NCBI GenBank assembly: GCA_009914755.4
Contig: CP086569.2
Location: 8,064,001-8,128,000, forward strand
Length of the DNA: 64,000 nucleotides
From: the human T2T-CHM13v2.0 reference genome, Homo sapiens
Direction of reading: 5' to 3'
The translations under genes and the position numbers were made by a program. The notes under the pieces are model-generated. The model was not told the DNA's origin and did no database searches. It worked only from the letters and a program-made list of their open reading frames with translations. Below, piece by piece: positions 50,503 through 64,000 of the stretch (position 1 is the stretch's first letter; each line of letters starts with the position of its first letter).

Positions 50503-53500
50503 GCTTAAATTCTTTACCATGGGTGCGTTGTGAGGCATCGCTGGGTTAGAGTGATAAAAAGATGACTCTTGCTTGGACCCCAGCACCATGGGATATTACC
50601 ACATATCTCTGGGCCTATCAGGTAGGTGATGTGTCTCTCCTCCCAATGTCATATCCACAGGGGACACTGTGACATATTGCTGGATATAGCATCTAGATAA
50701 TGTGAATCTCCTCTGCTGCCTGGATCCTGCCCACTGAACAATTTGTGACTACCAATGAGTATAAAACCTAGGTGATGTGACTCTAACTTTGTTCTGTACT
50801 CTGTCATGAGAGGGAATTATAACATATTGCTGAGCATGGCACCTAGGGGTGTGACTATCCACTATTTTTTCAACGATGTATACAGTGGGCATGATGACAT
50901 ATTATTGGAGATTGTACCCAGGTGATATGAGCCTTCTGACTGGGTTCTGCCTACAGAGGAGATTATAATGTATGCCTGGCTAAGGACCCAGATGATGTGA
51001 CTCTTCTGTCTGGTCTCTGCCCAAAGGTAAAATTGGACTTATTTGTGAAATCAGTTCATATGCACAACAATAACTTTCATAGATTGTCCAAGCCAGGGGG
51101 GATATTTTGAGTCTCATTGCTAGTCTTATGGCCATGGGTAAAGTCCTAGACTCCCACCTATGAGAATTCACAGAAAAGTGTGCTACTCAGGTATATCACA
51201 TAAAGCATGAGTGGTACAAAGAGTTTCCTGACAGGCACCAACAAACATGTGCTACTTTGAATCTTGGATGCATACCCAGCTGACACAATTTTCATTCTCA
51301 TACATAAGCTGAGCCTACAAATGAGGTACTAAGTCTCACACACATCAGCAGTCAAATCTTAAAATTGTAATTCTTATACATGAATCTGATCCACAGGTGG
51401 TTTGGTGACATTTGAACCTCGATTCAGCAAACCCGTGGTGCTTCGACTCTATTAATGGAGCACAATCTTCAAGTGGGATTGGGGCTGTTATGCATGCATC
51501 TTGCCCATTGTTGAGATTGTGACTGCTGTACTTTGATCCAACTCATAGGAGATGTTGACTCTCACACCCTAAGCCAGTACTTGTGTGTGACTGTGAAATG
51601 TATTTCTGAACATTTTTGAGTGTGTGATTAAAAAGTATAACTTTGACCAGCATCTGAATGTTTTGACTCTCCTTTCTAGGCCCAGAGCACAGTTCAAGCT
51701 GTGACATATGTGCGCCAATCACCTATGCAATATATAGCACCTTCTTTGGCAATAGGACAAAGGGCAATTTACATATCCCTGAAAGCAGCACCCAGCTGAT
51801 GTAAAATCTTGGCCTGAACCCTGCCTACAGACAGCATTGTGGCTTTTATCAAGGTCCATCATATAAGTGATGTGACTTCCTTCTACTGCCTTGGCCTTGA
51901 ACTTCTGGTGCATTGTTACACATAACTGGGTACTGCACCCATGTGATGTGACCCTTCGTTTGGTGGGGGGAGGTTGTACTAATACAAAAACTATGTAACA
52001 TATCATGTGGCTCAGCACCTAGGTGATGTTTCTTCTCTCTTGACTGAGCGCTGACCACCAGAGAGATGGTGACATATAGGTGAAACTAGCACAAGGTAAT
52101 TTCACTCTCCTGCCTTGGTCCTAAATATAGGGGCCATTGTGACATATACCCAGGCCAATTGCCCGGGTGAGGTTTGTGTCCTCTCCAGCTTAAGCCCTGC
52201 CCACAAGAGGGGTTTAGATATATGATTGAAACTAGCATCCTGATGATGGGACTCTTCTTCTAGAGGTCTGTCCACAACAAGGATTGTGACATTCAACTAG
52301 GCCAGCATCCACTCAGGTGATAAAAATTTCCTTTTTTCTCCATGTTCACAGGTTATATTGTGCCATATATGTGAGACCAGATCAAAGGCCTGATAATGAC
52401 CCTTGTACCTGAAGCCAGGATGTGCAGAATGGTGACTCTCATCCCTGAAACTTTTTATAGGTGTTATTGTGACATTTTTGTTTGCCAATCTCCTGAATGA
52501 TTTAATAATCCGACTTAGTTATAGCTGAGTTGACATTTTGACTTATGTCTGGGCAAAACCTTGATGATTTGACTCTTGTGTCTAAACTGTGTCTTCAAAA
52601 GGGATCATAACATATTGCTGGATTCATCTTCTAGGTTCTGTGTCTCTCCTCTCCTGCATGAACCTGATTCCAGTGCAGACTGTAGCATTTTTATGCACTG
52701 AATTCAAATGACACAATTCTATTGCCTGGGCCCTTTTCAACAGGAGTCATTGTGACATATCTCTGGGGCCATGGTTTAGGTAATATGACTCCACTCTCCT
52801 TCCTGGACATTCTCCACAAGGGGCATTATGCCATGGAGCTTTGCCTAGCATGCAAAGTTTGTGAATTTTCTGTTAGAGTCTTGCTTTCAAAGAGTATATT
52901 GGAATAATTCTGGATGAAAATTTAGGTGACGTGATTGTCCTGTCTGTTTAGTAAGCACAGAGGAAATGGTGACATTTACCAAGGCACAGCTAACAGCCAT
53001 GATCATGAGTCTAATATGGAGACCCAGCCAATAAGATAAAGTTGACTTTTGTCACAAGATTTTGGGACATGAGTGATGTCAATGATCTTCTTTTGGTAAA
53101 AAGCCACAAAAAATTATAACTAACACATGTATTTTGTAACACCCTTGGATACAGAGTGTCATAATGCCTAGCACACAGAGAAAATTATGAGTCTCATATG
53201 CAAACTAAATAACAGCAAGGACTTTCAACATCAAAGAGGAATGAAAGCAACTGTCCTACATAAAAAGAGGACATGTGTGGTATTGTAAATCTAATCCTTA
53301 GAATTTAATTCCATTGTGAATATGATATAAATCTTTCCCAAACACCTGTGTGATTTCACTCTTCAGATTGTTTTCAGCCTATTTATGGAATTTTGATATC
53401 TATCTGGGCCCATTTTGAAGTGATGTGACTCCTCTGCCTGGGCTCTGCTCTCAATAAGAATTATGACATCACTGGATCTAGCACCCAGGTGATGTTACAT

Positions 53501-56500
53501 TCTTGCCTCCCACAGACATCATTGTGATGTATCACTGTATCCATCACTTAGAAGAGGACGCCAGGGCCATGCCCAAAAGAGGGCATTTTGACCTATCAGA
53601 AGTCTATCATGTAGGTGATATGGCTCTTCTTGGGTCCTGCCCACTTGAATAATGATACATTGCCAGGCCGGGCACAAAGGTAACTGTACTCTTTTGCCAG
53701 GGCTATGCTTTAAAGAAGTTTTTGTGACATATCTCTGAGCCTATCACCTAGGTGATGTTACTCCCTGCTTGGCCCTGTCCAATGTAGCTCTGTGATATAA
53801 GGGTGGAACCTGCACCTAGGTGATGTAAGTATTTTGCCTGGGTCCTATTCTAAGAAGGACTTGTTTTCATCTCAGGACCCAGGACCAGTTGACATGGCTC
53901 TTGAGTCTGGTTTCCACCCACATATTAATTTGTGATATATACCAAAAGAAACACCTGTGTAATATGACTTCCTTTTTCTGCCTGAACCTTGGCTACTGGT
54001 GACATTGGGCCATATCTCTGAGCCCAGGACCTAATTGATGTGAGTCTCTACTTCTCTCTGGGCCTTTACAGTAGGAGGATTGTGACATATTGATGAGTAA
54101 AGTACTTAGGTAATGTGACGCTCATCTTGTTGCTGAATAATGCCCATGAAATGGACTTTTGTTATATTTCAGGGCCCAGCACCACATGTTGTTACTACAC
54201 CGCATAGATCATACATAAAGAGAAAATTATAGCATATAGCTGCACCCAGCTCCCTAATGATGTGACTCTTCTGCCTATGCCAGAGCCACAGAAGGAATTT
54301 TGACGTATCCATTGTTTATTCTGCAGGTTCTTTTGGCTCTCATCACTTTACTGGGTTTCTTCCATGTGTGGATGTATCGCTTTGCTTTCTCCTGCCGTCT
54401 GTTAATGTAACCCTATTTCCTAGGTCCTGCCTAAATAGAGCACTATGGCATATTGCTTGGCACAGCACCTAAGTGATGTTAATCTTCAGCCTAGTTTTTT
54501 GCCCACAAATGGGATTATGACATATACCTGTCTTCAGTTCAAAGACATGTTGATCAAGCCTATATTTGGATTCAGCCAATAGGAGATATGTTGCCTCTCA
54601 CCACTAGGTTGTTGTCAATAGGCAAGGTCCTCCATTGTATATTTGTACAAATCTCACAGAAGCTTACAACATTAACTCATATCATAAAAACTTCTTGTGT
54701 GGTACAGAAAGGTTCATAGTGGGGTCTGAAAAAGTTAAAATTGTGACTTTCATCTAGATACTCAGTTGAAAGTAAGAGTTGTTACCATCCTACATTTACA
54801 AAACATTGCTGAGGTCCTGAGTCTAAAAAGTCAATACAGAACTAAGTTGGCATTGTGACTTTCCTAAACGAATCTGGTCACGGGCAGAATGGTGAGTAAT
54901 TTCTGGACCCAGCTCACAGACATAATAGTGGTCTCATCCCTGAAACCAGCATATAGGAGAGATGTTGACTGTCATACCTGAGTTTAGGGCAATATGTAAG
55001 GTCCTGAGTCCCTACAAGCATGTAGGCCTCAGAGAGTTTTGCAACTCTGATGTATGTTGTATAAACATCTCAGGTGTTGTAAAGAGTGCCAGGCAACAAA
55101 CAGCATACACGTGAGATTGTGACTATCATACACAACTCTATAACAGTTAATGGTGTCACCCTTAATAATGAGGTGATTGTGTTACCTCCCTTGGCAAAGT
55201 AAACCAATGTTGACTTTTTGGTTAAAATTCGTTTCCGTAAGGGCTTTGCTAAATATCACTGGTCAGAATATTGATACAGTTACTCTTCTGTCTGAGTCCT
55301 GCAAACAGAGAATATTCTCATTTATCTCCAGGCCTATTGGCTAGGTGATTTATCTCTCCAGCCAGTGCCCTGCCCAAACAGGACACTGTGACATATTGAT
55401 AGATACAACATCTAGGTAATGTGAATTATCACTCCTGCCTGGATCCTGCCCACTGAAAAAATTTTGATATACCACTGAGTGCAAAACCTAAGTGACATGA
55501 CTCTTTTTTGTTTTCCTGGACCCTGCAAAGTGAGGTAATTATTATACTTTACTGATCCCAGCCCCCAATGGTGTGACTTCCTTTTTTTTTTCTTCTTTAA
55601 ACCTCTCTTCATTGGGCATGGTGACATATCACTTGAGGCAGTACCCAGATAGTGTGACTCTTCTGCCTGTTTTCTGCCCACTTCTTAGATTGGGATGCAT
55701 AATGAAGGAAGCAGCTGGGTGATATGACTCTCCTTTTCTTTCTGGGCCCTGACTACTGGGGACAGTGGGATATATCTCTGAGGCCATGATCTCAGTGAAT
55801 TGACTCTCTTCTTCTACCTGGTCTTTACAATGGGGGAGATGGTGATATATTGCTGAGCCCAGGACTCAGGTTATTTCACTCTCATTTTTCTCTTGAACCA
55901 TGGCCATAAACAGATATTTTGACATATTGCAGAGTCCAACACCTAGATAATGTTACTCTTTTACCTGGGTCATCTATATACAGAATATTATGGCATAATG
56001 CTTGGCCCAGAACCCTGATGATGTGACTTTCATGAGGATGCCAGAACACCAGAAGGTATTTTGACATACTCTGGGCCCACTATGTAGGTGTTTTGACTCT
56101 CACTTTTTGGCTTTTTATTCTTCCACATGTGGGATTGTGCTGTATTGCTGAGTTCAGCACCCAATAAATATGACTCTAATTCCTACACCCTGCCTAGAGA
56201 GGGTATTGTGACATGTTGCTTGTCACAGCACCTAAGTGATATTACCCTGTGGCATAGATTTTTTTGCCCACAAATGGGACTATGATATACACTTTACTTC
56301 AGTTTACAGGCATGATTGACAAACTTATATTTGAATTTAGCCAATAGGAGATATTTTGCCTTTCATCGCTAGGCCTAGGGAAATAGGTAAGGTCCTGGGT
56401 TGCATATTTATACCAAGCTCAAAGACCTTTACAACATTCACTCATAATGTATCATCTCCTTCAGTTATACAGAGAGTTTCATGACAGAGTCCACCAAAAG

Positions 56501-57350
56501 TTCAGACTTGGACTCTCAATTACACACCCAGGTGAAAGCAGATGTTGTCACCACCCTATATGTCCAAAGCCCACTGTTAGGGTCCTGAGTCTAACAAGTG
56601 AATGCAGTACAACATTGGAGCTGTTACTTTTATATGTGGATCTGACCACAAGTGAGAGGGTGAGTCATTAATGGATCCAGCTCACAAACATAAAAATGGG
56701 TCTCATTCCTGACCCCAGCTTACAGAAGAAATGTTGACTATTACACCTTGTTTTAGGGAAATATATACGTAAGATTGTGAATCTATAGGAACATGTAAGT
56801 CTCACAGTGGTTTGCAACTCTCATGCATGCTGTATAAAGCCTTCAAATGTAGGTAAAGTGTTATACAATGGTCCAGGAAACACAGGAGACTGTGAATCTC
56901 ATACACACCCAGATCACAGTTAGTAGGGTTACTCTCAAAGACAAGGAGATTTGGTATCTTACTAGGCCTAGTATCCAGGTGTTGAGACATTTTGGATTAA
57001 ATTTCTTTTCACGGGTGCATTGCTCCATATTGCTGGGTTAGAATCATAAAAATGTGACTCTTCTGCCTGGACCTGGCAACAGGGGCTATTATCACATATC
57101 TCTTGGCCTATAAGCTAGGTGATTTGTCTCTTCTCCTTGTGTCATGCCCCCAGCAGGCATTGTGAAATATTGTTTGGCATAACATTTAGGTAATATATCT
57201 CTCCTCTCCTGCCACATCCTGCTCACCAAAGAAATTGTGACATACCGCTGACTTCAAAACCTAAATAATGTAACTCTCCTTCATATTCTAGACTCTGCTC
57301 AGAGAGGTGGTGATTACATATTGCAGAGCCCAGCACCTAGGTTAAGTGAC

Positions 57351-57502
57351 CTTCTTCTTCTTCTTTCTTCTTCTTCTTCTTCTTCTTCTTCTTCTTCTTC
57401 TTCTTCTTCTTCTTCTTCTTCTTCTTCTTCTTCTTCTTCTTCTTCTTCTTCTCCTCCTCCTTCTCCTTCTTCTTCTCCTTCTCCTTCTCCTTCTCCTTCT
57501 CC

Positions 57503-57534
<32 letters not shown>

Positions 57535-57600
57535 CTTCTTCTTCTTCTTCTTCTTCTTCTTCTTCTTCTTCTTCTTCTCCTCCTTCTTCTTTATTCTTCT
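57351..57600. repeat. (CTT)n/(GAA)n microsatellite, ~250 bp, with two nearly pure tracts of about 25-28 triplets separated by a CTC/CTCCTT-rich section. It derives from the A-tail of the adjacent Alu.
   Basis: cttcttcttc… continues from 57351. An impure section ctcctcctccttctccttcttcttctccttctcc lies at 57451-57505. A pure run follows to ~57580, then ctcctccttcttctttattcttctgtctttgtttttgttttgag leads into the Alu. The six-frame track shows poly-E, poly-S and poly-L pseudo-ORFs here. Confidence 0.9.
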
Positions 57601-57893
57601 GTCTTTGTTTTTGTTTTGAGACAGAGTCTTGCACTGTTGCTCGGGCTGGAGTGAAGAGATACAATGACAGCATACTTCAACCTCCGCCTTTAGGGGTCAT
57701 GTGATTCTCATTTATCAGGTTCCTGAGTAGTTGGCATTACAGGCACTTGCCACCAGGCCTGGCTAATTTTCTTTTTTAGTAAAGACTGTGTTTTACTATA
57801 TTGGCCAGGCTGGTCTCAAACTCTTGACTTCATGATCTGCCTGCCTTTGCTTCCCAAAATGATGCAATTACAGGTGAGAGCCACAGCACCCAG
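57601..57893 (-). mobile_element. Alu element (reverse orientation) inserted in the beta satellite, with its tail expanded into (GAA)n
   Basis: ttgttttgagacagagtcttgcactgttgctcgggctggagtg … ttcccaaaatgatgcaattacaggtgagagccacagcacccag. Flanking satellite is …cacctaggttaagtgac|c … |tggactctcctctc, with a weak TSD AGTGAC/AGTGGAC. Confidence 0.8.
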
Positions 57894-60800
57894 TGGACTC
57901 TCCTCTCTTTCTTCTACCCTATCTATAGTGGGCTTGGTGACTTAACTATTTGAGGCTTTATCTATGTGATGTGACTCTTCTGACTAGGCTCAGACTACAA
58001 ATGAGATTATACTGTATCATTGGATTAGCACCAAGGTGATGAGCCTCTCCTGCCTTGTCTCTGCTCACAGCAGAAATTGTGACATATACCAGGGTTAAGT
58101 AAACATGTGCAATAAAAGTCTTATTACTGGACCTAGTCAGTAGAGATATTTTGACTTTCATAACCAGTCTCACAGCCATGGGTAAAGTCCTGGGTTATTC
58201 ACAATTATAAATTTTTAGAAAAATTATAACTCTAAAGTATATCATATAAATCTCAATGGTAGAAAGAGTTTCATAACACAATCCATCAACGACATGAGAA
58301 TGTGACCCTTGTATGCCCACTTAGCTGATATGATTGTCATCACACATGAAGAGAGTTAAACATGAGGTACTAAATCTCACACATAAAAAGCAGTCAAAGT
58401 TTGAAATAATTACTTTCATACATGGCTTTGATTCACAAGTGATTTGGTAACATTTGAACCATGATTCATCACACTTCTGGGGCTGTGACTCCTTTCCTGA
58501 AAACAATCTTAAAGTGAAATCGGGGCTCTTATACATGGATCTTGTCCATTGTTGAGGATGGGACTCCTCTACTTTGACCCAACTTATAGAAAGGGTTGAC
58601 TCACATACACGAATCCAACAATTGTGTGGGATGTGAAACTTATTTCCGAGAGTGTAATTTCCCAGCACAGGAATAATTGGACTCATTTTCTAGGCCCAGA
58701 CCACAGATAAAATTGTGCCCTATGTGGAACAAACACCTAAGCAATAGATAACACATTCCTCTTCTCTGCCTACAAAGGATACTTTATAAATTACTGGGAC
58801 CATCAACCAGGTGTTGTGAATTATCTGCCTGGAACCTGCCTACAAAGAAAAGTGTGTCTTATATCTAGGTTCATCACCTAAGTGATGTCATTCCCTTCTA
58901 CTGCCTTGGCCCTGAACTTACATGAATTGTGACACATAATTGGAAACTGCACCCAGGTGATGTTTTTGTTACTGCTTAAAGGAAGCTTGTAACATGTCAC
59001 TTGGCTCAGCATCTAGGTGATGTTTTCTTGCTTTTGCCTGGGTCCTGACCACAGAGATATTCTGAGATATTGCTTGAGCCAGCAGAAAGTTGAGTTCACT
59101 CTCCTGCCTTGGTACTGAACATTACAGACACTGTGAGTTGTATCTAGCTCAATTGCCTAGGTGAAGTAAGCCTTCTCTCTTGCTGAAGTCCCACACACAG
59201 AGGGGGTTTAGATATATCACTAAAACCGACATCCAGGTAATGTGACTCTTCTTCCAGGGTTTGGCCCACAAGGTGGTTTGTGACATCTCCTGGACCCATA
59301 CCCATGTAGGTTATGTGACTTTCTTACCCTCTTTCTGGCCACAGGTGATATTATGTCATATACCTGAGACCATAAGAAAAGTCTATTAACAACAAATATG
59401 CTAACATCCTGCACAAGTGCCGGGTGGTGACTCTTATTACTAAACCTTTCCATGAGTGTAATTGTGACATGTACCTTTGTCCATTTCCTGAGTGATTTAA
59501 TAATTCTGCCTAGGTATAGCCCAAAAAAGAGATTTTGACAAATACCTGGGGCAAGCACCTGGGTGATTTGAGCTTGCTAACTTAACAGTGTCCTCATGAG
59601 GCTTGTAACATATTTCTGGAGTAATTTTCTAGGTTACATGACTCTCCACTCCTGCCTGGACTCTAATTCTTCTGGTAATTGAAGCATTTCTAAACGTGGC
59701 ATCCAAATGATATGACTCTCTTGCCTGTGCCCTGTTAACAGGAGGCATTGTTTCATGTTTTGGGACCCATCATTTAGGTAATATGACAGTCCTCTCCTGC
59801 CTGGACACTGCCAACAGGGACATTGTGCCACAGAGCTGGACCTAGTGTAGAGGTCAAGTGACATTTCTGACAGAACCTTGCCTACAAAAAGATTACGGGA
59901 AAATTTCTGGCCCAGCATTTAGGTGATGTGACAGTTCTGCCTGCTTCAAAACTGGAGAGGGAATTGTAACATATAACTAGGAATGGCTCACAGGCATGAT
60001 AATAGCTCTCATATGTGGACTCAGCCAATAGAGGTTATTTTGATTCATAACTAGGTTTATGGACTTGCTTGATGTCCTAAATTACCTTCTTGTACAAAGG
60101 TTACAAAAGATTACAACACTCATACATATTATACAAAGTCTTTGAGTTATACAGACAGAGTAAAAGCAGAACTCAAGACACAGGTGAAATTGTGAGTCTT
60201 GTGTGCACACCCAGGTGACAGTATGAACTGTCATCATGTTACACAGATGAAGCCAAATATCAACCAGAAAACAAGACATGTGTGGTATTGTAAATCTCAT
60301 CTTTGGCATTTTCTGACAGTGTGATTGTGATATTAATTGCCAAGCACATGAGTAATTTGACTCTCCACACTTGTTCTAGCCATATATAAGATCATGATAT
60401 CTACCTACGCCAACCTCAAAGTGAGGTGACTCTGCTGCCTGGGCCCTTGTGTAAGTAAGTGTTGTGATATGTCACTGGATCTGACATCCACATGATGTTA
60501 CAATCTTGCCAGTGTCACCTGCGCCAAAATCATTGTAAAATTTTTTTGTGTCCATCTCATGGGTGATGTAGCTAATATCTCTGAAATACGCCCTGTAGAA
60601 AGAAAGGATAGTGACATAATCAAAGGCCAGGCACACAGGTGATGGTACCCTGTTGCCAGAGCCATGCTCAAAGGAGGACATTTTGATAAATCTCTGGGTC
60701 TATCACCTAGGCAATGTGGCTCTCCTGCTTGGGCCCTGCCAACCTGGAGATTGACATGTTTCTAATCCAGGCACACAGTTGATGGGTCTCTCTTGCCAGA

Positions 60801-63800
60801 GTTATGCTGTATAGATGACTTTTTGACTGACATATCTCTGGGCCTATATATCACTTAGGTGAAGTGACTCTCTTCTTGGGCCACGCCACATGAAGCATTG
60901 TGGCATAAGCAGAGAACATACACCTTCATGACATAAATCTCTAATTTGGGTGGTGTCCTAAGAGAGCCTGTGACATATCTCCGAACTCAGCACCCAAGTA
61001 ATGTGGCTCTTTTGCCTGGCGTCTGCCCACATGTTACCTTGTGACATATTCCAAAGGAAGCACCTAGGTGATATGACTCTCCTCATCTACCTGAGCCCTG
61101 CCTACTGGAGACATTTGAAGATATCTCTGAGACCATGACCTAACTGATGTGACTCTCTTTTTCTGTCTGGGCCTTCACAGTAGGAGGATTTTCATACGTT
61201 GCTGAGCCTAGCACTCAGGATATGTCACTCTCCTCTTTTATTGAACCGTTTCCACAGAAAAGGAATTTTGACCTTTTGCAGGGCCCATATCCCAGATGTC
61301 ATTCTTCTGTCTTGGTTCTGAATAAAGAGGAAATTATGACATATTGCATATTGCTAGGCCCATCACCCCTATGATGTGACTCTCTTGCCCGTGTTTGAGC
61401 CAATAAAGGTATTTTGACATATCTTGGGCTCATTATGTAGGTGTTTTGGCTATCACAACTTGGCTGGGTTTTTTCCCACATCTGGCATGGTGTCATATTG
61501 TTGGGTCAGCACCCGATTAATGTGATCCAATTTCTTATACTATATCTAGAGAAGGTATTGTGATGTAATGTATGGCACAGTAACTAAGTGATGTTACCCT
61601 CTTGCCTAGTTTGTTGTCCACTTATGAGATTATGACATATACCTTTCTTCAGTTCACAGGCATGATGATCAAACTTATACTTGGATTCAGCCAATAGGAT
61701 ACATTTTGCTTCGCAATGTTAGTCTTAGGGGAATAGGTAATGTCCTAGGTTGCATATTTTTACCAAGCTCATAGAAGGTTAAAACACTAACCCATATTGT
61801 ATAAACTGTTTGGTGGTAGAAAGTTTCATGGGTCTTTTGGTGATGTATGATTCAGCATACCCATGAGGCTGTGACTACCCTACTGGAACACAATCTTCAA
61901 GTGGGATTGGGCCTCTTATTCATGGGTCTTGCCCATTGTTGTGACTGTGACTCAAATACTTTGACCAAACTCATAGAAAGTGTTGACTCCACATACACAA
62001 AACCAGGACTTGTGTGCGATGTGAAACTTATTCCCAAACATTTCTGAGAGTGTGATTAGGACAGGTAACTTTGCCCTGCAAATGAATAATTTGACTGTTT
62101 GTTCTAGGACGAGACCATAGAAGAAATTGTGTTGTGAACAAGCAACCTAGCAATATATTACACATTTCATGGTTCTGCCTACAAAAGGCAATTTTATATA
62201 TCATTAAGAACATCACCCAGGTGATGTGAAATATCTGCTTGAAACCTGCTTATAAAGAGAATTGTGTTTTATATCTAGGCCCATCATGTAAGTGATGTGA
62301 ATTCCTTCTACTGCCTTGGCTCTTCACTTACAGTGTACTGTGACACATAACTGGGTAGTGCACACAGGTGACATGATTCTCACTTTTGGGTTCTGCCAAC
62401 AGGAAGTGATGTAACATATCACTTGTCTCAGCACCTAAGTGATGTTTCTTCACTTTTGCTTGGGCCCTGACCACAGGGAGATTGTGACACATTGCTAGTC
62501 CCAGAAAAAATGTGAGGGCACTCTCCAGCATTGGTACTGCACATCGAAGACGTTGTGAGATATATCTAGGCAAATTGCTTAGGTAAATAAGTCTCCTCTC
62601 TTGCTACAGTCCTGCCTACAGAGGCAGTTTGGATATGTCACTGCAATCAGCATACAAGTGATGTGACTTTTATGCCAGGGTCCTGCCCTTCAAAGGTGAA
62701 TTGTGACATCTCACTGGAGCCACCACCACATAGGTGATGTGACTTTCTTGCCTTCTCTATGGTCAGTTGATATTGTGCAATATGCCAGAGATAATAACAG
62801 AAGTCTAATAACAACTCCTATGCCTGGCTTCAGGAGAGGGGCAGGAAGCTGACTCTTATTCTTAACCTTTCCACAAGAGTAACTGTGACATGTACTTTTG
62901 CCCAGATCCTGAATGACTTAATATTTCTGGCTAGGTATAGCCCATAAATGAGATTTTGACAAGTAGCTGTGACACATATATTAGTGATTGGCCTTTGCTA
63001 TCTTAACAAAGTCACCAGGAGGGAATCATAACATATTTCTGGACCCATATTCTAGGATACATGCCTTTCCCCTCCTGCCTGGATCCTGCTTTTTTTGGTA
63101 ATTGTAGCTTTTCTAAACACTACGTCCAAATGATATGAATTTCTTACTTGGACCCTGCCAACAGGAGGCATTCTGACATATGTTAGGGCCCAACATTTAG
63201 GTTATATGACTCTCCCCTCCTGCCTGGACATTGCCCACAAAGGACATTTTACCAGAGAGGTGGATCTAGAACACAAGTTATGTAAAATTTCTGACAGTAT
63301 CCTGCCCACTAAGAGAATGTGGCAATATTTCTAGCCCAGAATTCAGGTGATGTGGCTGTTCCATCTGCTTCATAACCACAGAGGGAATTGTAACATATAC
63401 CTAGGCACAGCTCACAGGAATGATAATGACTCTCATATGTGAACTCAGCCAATAGAGAATATTTTGACTCATAAGTAACTTTAGGGACATGCATGATGTC
63501 TTGAATCACCTTCTTCTGCAAAGGTCACAAAAGATTACAACATTCACACATATTTTACCCAGTCTTTAGATTCAGACAGCATCAAAGCAAGGCTCAGCAC
63601 ACAGGTGAAATTGTGAGTCCTGTATGTGCACTGAGCTGTGAGTAAGGACTGTCATTATCTCACATGGATTAAGCCAACTGTCACATATAAAAGCAAGATG
63701 GGTGGTATTTTAAATCTCACCTTTGGAATTTTCTGAAAATGTGATTGTGATAAAAATTTTTGCCAGGCTCCTGTGTAATTTGACTCTCCAGAATGTTTCT

Positions 63801-64000
63801 AACCCAGGATTGTGATATCTGTTTAGGCCAAACTCTAGGTGATATGACTCTCCTGCCTGGATCCTTCTCTCAGTAAGGATTGTAATATATCCCTGGATCT
63901 AGCATCCAGATGATGTTACATTCTTGCATGTGCCATGCCCATGCAAATTATTGTGACATATTTCTGTGTCCACATCACTCGTGTTGTAACTCTTTTCTCT

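Noticed and set aside
49874-50533. 219-codon ORF encoding an L1 ORF1p-like protein (coiled-coil plus RRM region), the longest ORF in the window
   Set aside because: It is an internal, inverted fragment of L1 ORF1. It lacks the N-terminus, reads through into satellite sequence (…TDTLKFFTMGAL*) and is part of a rearranged insertion. It is not an intact retrotransposition-competent ORF1 or a host gene.
57314-57704. Three overlapping ORFs of 100-127 codons encoding poly-Glu, poly-Ser and poly-Leu proteins
   Set aside because: They are translations of the (CTT/GAA)n microsatellite in different frames. There is no start context, and they run directly into Alu sequence. This is a repeat artefact, not a gene.

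Overview
This window is primate, almost certainly human, nuclear DNA and not a prokaryotic locus. I found no gene cassette, operon, CRISPR array or defence system. The first ~15.4 kb is AT-rich interspersed-repeat sequence. It holds a 5'-truncated L1PA element, five Alu elements and old L1M debris. It also holds a disrupted C2H2 zinc-finger exon on the minus strand (~10.69-11.72 kb) whose fingers carry the ZNF91-family signature [17 protein letters not shown]. From ~15.4 kb to the window end the sequence is a beta-satellite array (68-bp Sau3A family; monomers GAGTCACATCACCTgGGTG...ATATGTCACAATG). The array has irregular higher-order periodicity and is built as two arms of opposite polarity. 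The '+' arm runs ~15.4-40.98 kb and the '-' arm ~40.99-64.0 kb. The arms meet head-to-head with no spacer. Inside the satellite are several well-resolved retrotransposition events with target-site duplications. (1) A twin-primed L1 with a 3' transduction and a 20-bp TSD at 16.8-17.9 kb. (2) An older L1 3' half at 19.1-20.8 kb. (3) A near-consensus AluY with a 13-bp TSD at 38.03 kb. (4) A 55-bp Alu 3'-end micro-insertion with a TSD at 42.7 kb. (5) A 5.2-kb complex L1 insertion at 45.3-50.5 kb with an 11-bp TSD; it contains an inverted ORF1 segment and a 124-bp satellite-derived filler. (6) An Alu whose tail has expanded into a ~250-bp (GAA/CTT)n tract at 57.35-57.9 kb. A zinc-finger pseudogene abutting a beta-satellite block matches the architecture described for the human 19p12 KZFP cluster. 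All ORFs in the six-frame track are L1 or ZNF remnants or repeat-translation artefacts.
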